Sequence record: DRR378314_1813
Strand: one strand, 5' to 3'
DNA length: 64,000 nt
Within the stretch, counting starts at the first letter, position 1. Each line of letters starts with the position of its first letter. The position numbers were made by a program, and so were the translations under genes. The notes beneath the pieces are model-generated. The model worked only from the letters and a program-made list of their open reading frames with translations, had not been told where the DNA came from and did not search any database. This document shows, one piece after another, positions 60,187 through 64,000 of the stretch.

Positions 60187-61191
60187 TTGGTATCGAAAAA
60201 GGTCATAATAAGAAACTCGAATGGACGCGGGAGTTGGTATTTGATGAAAGCGAGGCGAGCGTACGGCTGGCTGCCGGCCCTGGCATTAGCGCTGGTTGGC
60301 CCAGGTATTGGCGTGTCTTCGGAGTACAGCCGGGCGGAGACACAGGAAACGGAATATCACCTGTGGTATCGGAACTACGACAGCCCGCCCATAAGAGCGC
60401 TGGTCGCCCTCGCCTTCGACAAGACACCGGAATACGGCCCCTACCGAATCATCCGCACGCCGGAGATGGCTCAGGGCCGGGTTGTTCGTGAGCTTGAGCA
60501 AGAGCAATCAGAGCTGGTCGACCTCGCCAACGTTGCCACCTCCAGCCAAAGAGAAAAGGACCTGAGAGCCATCCCCATTCCTATCGATGGTGGTCTGCTG
60601 GGGCTTCGGGTTTGCGTAGTGCTTAAAGAAACGCTGCCCGAGTTCGAGAACATCCGCAGCATTGACGATATGCGGGATGCCGGTATCCGCATTGGCCAGG
60701 GCACACACTGGCCGGATTCATCAATTCTGCAGACCAACGGCGTCAATGTGGTGACTCACTCGCGGTATGAAATTCTTTTCCGCATGCTGGAGAATCATCG
60801 TTTTGAATGCTTTGCTCGCGGCGTGAGCGAGGTCCTGTTCGATCTCAAGCTCGAAAACAACGAGGATTTCGTCATCGAACCTGACCTGCTCCTGGCGTAC
60901 CCCATGCCCTCCTACTTCTTCGTCAACCGCAATGACCATGAAACCGCCCAACGGCTGGAGCTGGGTATGGAGCGGGCCATTTTCGACGGCAGCTTCGGCG
61001 CCTATCTCCATCAATACTACGGGCGCGCCATCGAAGAACTGGAACTGGAAAGCAGGAACGTCCTTGTCCTGGATAATCCCTATCTTACGAATGATTCCTG
61101 GGAGATTGGCAGCCGTGCTCTCAGCGAACTCCGGCGGCGCATTCAGCTGTTATCCGGCCCCGAGGAGACCTCGTCAGACCCGGAATCGTGA
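60187..61191 (+). CDS. Periplasmic substrate-binding-like protein
   Basis: GLLGLR, GQG.HWPD, FARG, LAYP..YFFV; start uncertain. Confidence 0.8.
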   Translation: MVSKKVIIRNSNGRGSWYLMKARRAYGWLPALALALVGPGIGVSSEYSRAETQETEYHLWYRNYDSPPIRALVALAFDKTPEYGPYRIIRTPEMAQGRVVRELEQEQSELVDLANVATSSQREKDLRAIPIPIDGGLLGLRVCVVLKETLPEFENIRSIDDMRDAGIRIGQGTHWPDSSILQTNGVNVVTHSRYEILFRMLENHRFECFARGVSEVLFDLKLENNEDFVIEPDLLLAYPMPSYFFVNRNDHETAQRLELGMERAIFDGSFGAYLHQYYGRAIEELELESRNVLVLDNPYLTNDSWEIGSRALSELRRRIQLLSGPEETSSDPES

Positions 61192-63078
61192 CACGTTCTG
61201 ACTGAGCGTGTGGCCAATCGATTCAATCTGGCCGCTGTACACATCGTTTTCGCTGGCCGCCCTGGCCGCCTCCTGCCCCTGGTCGGCAATTCGGGTAATG
61301 GACGAATTCAGCTCTTCCGTCACCGAGGTCTGTTCTTCAGACGCTGTGGCGATCTGCGAGGTCATTTGGCTGATTGACGTTATGGCATCGGCGATGCGGT
61401 TGAGTGATTCCATCGCATCCTGGGCCTTCTCCATGCTCACATTCGACACCGCAGTTGACGCCTTCATGACGTCCACGGCCTGGTTTGCGCCACTTTGAAG
61501 GCGTTCGATCATGTTGTTGATTTCTTCCGTGCTGTCCTGGGTGCGACGGGCAAGGTTTCGTACTTCATCCGCCACCACCGCAAAGCCGCGGCCTGCGTCT
61601 CCAGCCCTGGCGGCTTCAATGGCCGCGTTCAGTGCCAGCAGGTTGGTCTGTTCCGCAATGCCCTGAATGACTTCAAGGACGGAGGTGATATCCGTCACAT
61701 CCTTGCCAAGCTTGTCGATGACTTCCGCAGCCGCATTAATCTCCTTCGACAATTTTTGAACCGCATCCCGGGACGCGGCGACGGTTTCAAGTGAAGCGCG
61801 GCTATCCGCGTCTGCGGTGTTTGAGGCGTCCGCGGTCTGTTGGGCATTCTGCGCAATTTCGCCGGCTGCAGCGGACATCTCATTAATCGCAGTAGCCACC
61901 ATATCAATCTCGGCCTGCTGCTTTTCAACGCTGTCACGGCTGGTGCTGGCGGTGTCCCGCAGGGACAGCACGTTTTCACCCAACTCGGAAGTGCCCCGCT
62001 GAACGTCTCGAACCACATTCTGGATATTCTCTACAAAACTGTTGAATTCGGCCGCAAGCTTACCGAACTCGTCGTTGGCGCTGTCGTCCAGACGCTTGGT
62101 GAGGTCCGCGTCGCCACTGGCAATGGAGGCCATGGCAGCATTCAGCCTGCGAACCGGAGACATCAGGAACCGAATGCCAAAATGCAGGATCACCAGCGAC
62201 ACCAGCAAACCAATGACCGCAATGATCAGGCCCGTCACGCGGGCAGCGTGGACCGGTGCGTTGATCTTGTCCTCATTGATAAACGTGCCGAGATACCACT
62301 CCACGCCACGCGCTCCCTGAATGCGATGGAAGGCCGCGGACCAGTTGGCTTCTTCAGTGTCGTAGCGGTGGACCTCGCCACTGAGTCGGGGTGCCTCGCC
62401 CAACAGACCGCTGATTTTCTTGCCGACCAGCTCCTTGTTCGGGTGAAACAGCACCGTGCCATCGCGACTGATCAAAGCCGCATAGCCGGTGTCGGCCAGC
62501 GTAATGGTGGAGAGCGTCTGCTCGATCGTCTTAAGAGCAATATCACCGCCGATGACACCCTGGTAGGGCCCGCGCTTGACGGGCGCCAGGGTGGAAATAA
62601 TTGTGCCGCCGGTGCCAGCATCGAGATACGGTTCTGTGAACGACGCCGAGCCTTTCTGCTTCGCCTGTTTGAACCAGGGGCGCGTACGTGGGTCAAAATC
62701 CGCTGGCAACGTGGCTTCTGACGCGTCGTCCTTCATCAGCATGTAGCCGTCGTCACGGCCAACGTACACATCAATGAATCCACCGCCGGTTGTTGCGGCG
62801 GCAAGGATAACCCGGGCTTCCGCGTCGGTTTCCACCGACTCCAGCGCTTTTGCGGTTGCTTCGGTCATGGCAAGGCGGGTATTGAGCCAATCAGCGATGC
62901 TCGACGTACTCTGGGCCACGGTGTCTTCAATCAGCGCATCGACATAGGTATCCGTGGTGTTTTGCAGCCGGAGGTTGCCGCTAATAGTAAACGCCCCCAT
63001 AACAAGTAAGAGCAAGATACCGAAGGCAATGAGCAACTTCTGGCCGAAACTCAGGTTCATTTTCCAGGTCCTTATCAA
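61174..63078 (-). CDS. Methyl-accepting chemotaxis protein (Cache, HAMP)
   Basis: [26 protein letters not shown]. Confidence 0.95.
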   Translation of the reverse strand: MIRTWKMNLSFGQKLLIAFGILLLLVMGAFTISGNLRLQNTTDTYVDALIEDTVAQSTSSIADWLNTRLAMTEATAKALESVETDAEARVILAAATTGGGFIDVYVGRDDGYMLMKDDASEATLPADFDPRTRPWFKQAKQKGSASFTEPYLDAGTGGTIISTLAPVKRGPYQGVIGGDIALKTIEQTLSTITLADTGYAALISRDGTVLFHPNKELVGKKISGLLGEAPRLSGEVHRYDTEEANWSAAFHRIQGARGVEWYLGTFINEDKINAPVHAARVTGLIIAVIGLLVSLVILHFGIRFLMSPVRRLNAAMASIASGDADLTKRLDDSANDEFGKLAAEFNSFVENIQNVVRDVQRGTSELGENVLSLRDTASTSRDSVEKQQAEIDMVATAINEMSAAAGEIAQNAQQTADASNTADADSRASLETVAASRDAVQKLSKEINAAAEVIDKLGKDVTDITSVLEVIQGIAEQTNLLALNAAIEAARAGDAGRGFAVVADEVRNLARRTQDSTEEINNMIERLQSGANQAVDVMKASTAVSNVSMEKAQDAMESLNRIADAITSISQMTSQIATASEEQTSVTEELNSSITRIADQGQEAARAASENDVYSGQIESIGHTLSQNVSRFRV

Positions 63079-63240
63079 GACATTCTTAACGGGGGCGGAC
63101 GCAAACGGCGTGTCGTCGGCCTATTATTCTTATAGTGGTTTTCGGCGTTTGCTGCGAAGTCTTTAGCGCTATCTGATAAAATACCCAAGACTATCAAGGA
63201 TTCGTGTCACCACTTTCACGCCCAACGGGAGCTGCCGTAT

Positions 63241-64000
63241 ATGGCCCACGAAGAACTGCACCTCAACCTTCGTAACCTGACCAGCAACGATTACCCTCAG
63301 TTGCAGCGACTAATGGACAGGGTTTACGACGATATCGGCGGTGCCTGGCCGGAAGACACCATCGAGGCGCTGGTTGAGCAGTTTCCAGACGGACAGATCT
63401 GCATAGAGGAGTCTGGAGAGCTGGTGGCCGTCGCCCTCACGGTGTGTGTCAAGTATGAGCGGTTCAGCAACCCGCATACCTACGACGACCTGATCCTGCG
63501 CAACGAAAAAATCTGGCACAACGCCAAAGGCGACTCGCTGTACGGCCTGGATGTGTTCATCCACCCCGACTATCGTGGTTACCGTCTTGGCCGGCGGCTT
63601 TACGAAGCCCGCAAGGAGCTTTGTCGCTCCATGAACCTGCGCGCCATTCTGGCCGGCGGTCGTATTCCCGGATATCACAAGTATTCCGACCAGCACTCCC
63701 CGGAAGACTACATCCAGCGCGTTGACCGCAAGGACATTTACGACCCTATCCTGAGTTTCCAGCTGTCCAACGATTTCCAGGTCACCCGTTTGATGCACAA
63801 ATATCTGCCGGAAGACGAGAAGTCTCTCGGTTACGCCACGCTGCTGGAGTGGCGGAATATTCTGTACACACCGCCCTCACCGGTGCTCAGTGTCAAGAAA
63901 ACACAGGTACGTCTGGGCGCGGTTCAGTGGCAGATGCGTGAATTCACATCCGTGGAGGAAGTGCTGGAGCAGGTGGAGTACTTCGTGGATGCGCTCTCGG
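63241..64000 (+). CDS. Bifunctional GNAT acetyltransferase / carbon-nitrogen hydrolase (runs off the window)
   Basis: Translated by hand: MAHEELHL..HPDYRGYRLGRRLYEARK..GGRIPGY..RLGAVQWQMR; absent from the ORF track because no stop lies in the window. Confidence 0.88.
   Translation, partial: MAHEELHLNLRNLTSNDYPQLQRLMDRVYDDIGGAWPEDTIEALVEQFPDGQICIEESGELVAVALTVCVKYERFSNPHTYDDLILRNEKIWHNAKGDSLYGLDVFIHPDYRGYRLGRRLYEARKELCRSMNLRAILAGGRIPGYHKYSDQHSPEDYIQRVDRKDIYDPILSFQLSNDFQVTRLMHKYLPEDEKSLGYATLLEWRNILYTPPSPVLSVKKTQVRLGAVQWQMREFTSVEEVLEQVEYFVDALS

Noticed and set aside
1-64000. tRNA, rRNA, IS elements, prophage genes
   Set aside because: None recognised by eye; small ncRNAs cannot be excluded without covariance searches.

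Overview
Gammaproteobacterial chromosome window (the right half looks Marinobacter-like; this is an inference) spanning the replication terminus. A near-canonical XerC/XerD dif site lies at 36928-36955. Left of dif is a >=37 kb mosaic mobile/defence island. It holds two ~88%-identical catalytic-domain-only tyrosine recombinases (1061-1858, 36046-36843), a third unrelated one, a Tn7-like tnsA-tnsB-tnsC-tniQ module, a type II CBASS operon with a 2TM-beta effector, a nuclease-NACHT protein, HipA and HipA-N genes, two tandem DUF4041/T5orf172 proteins, a patatin, a LexA-box-preceded multi-zinc-ribbon nuclease and an orphan integron cassette. The most striking unannotated signal is a ~140-bp element present three times in direct orientation (1892, 3681, 10214). 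Each copy has three 17-bp CCACACAAAGTACTAAA-type boxes at exact 55/60-bp spacing, an IHF consensus site and a conserved 23-bp core, and the copies delimit cargo modules. Right of dif are ordinary chromosomal genes: TonB receptor, ThDP/citrate-synthase-like cluster with YfiR-HK-RR-GGDEF/EAL, LysR, RES-Xre TA, trkH, recQ, MCP and a GNAT-nitrilase. All assignments come from motif reading by eye; no searches were run.
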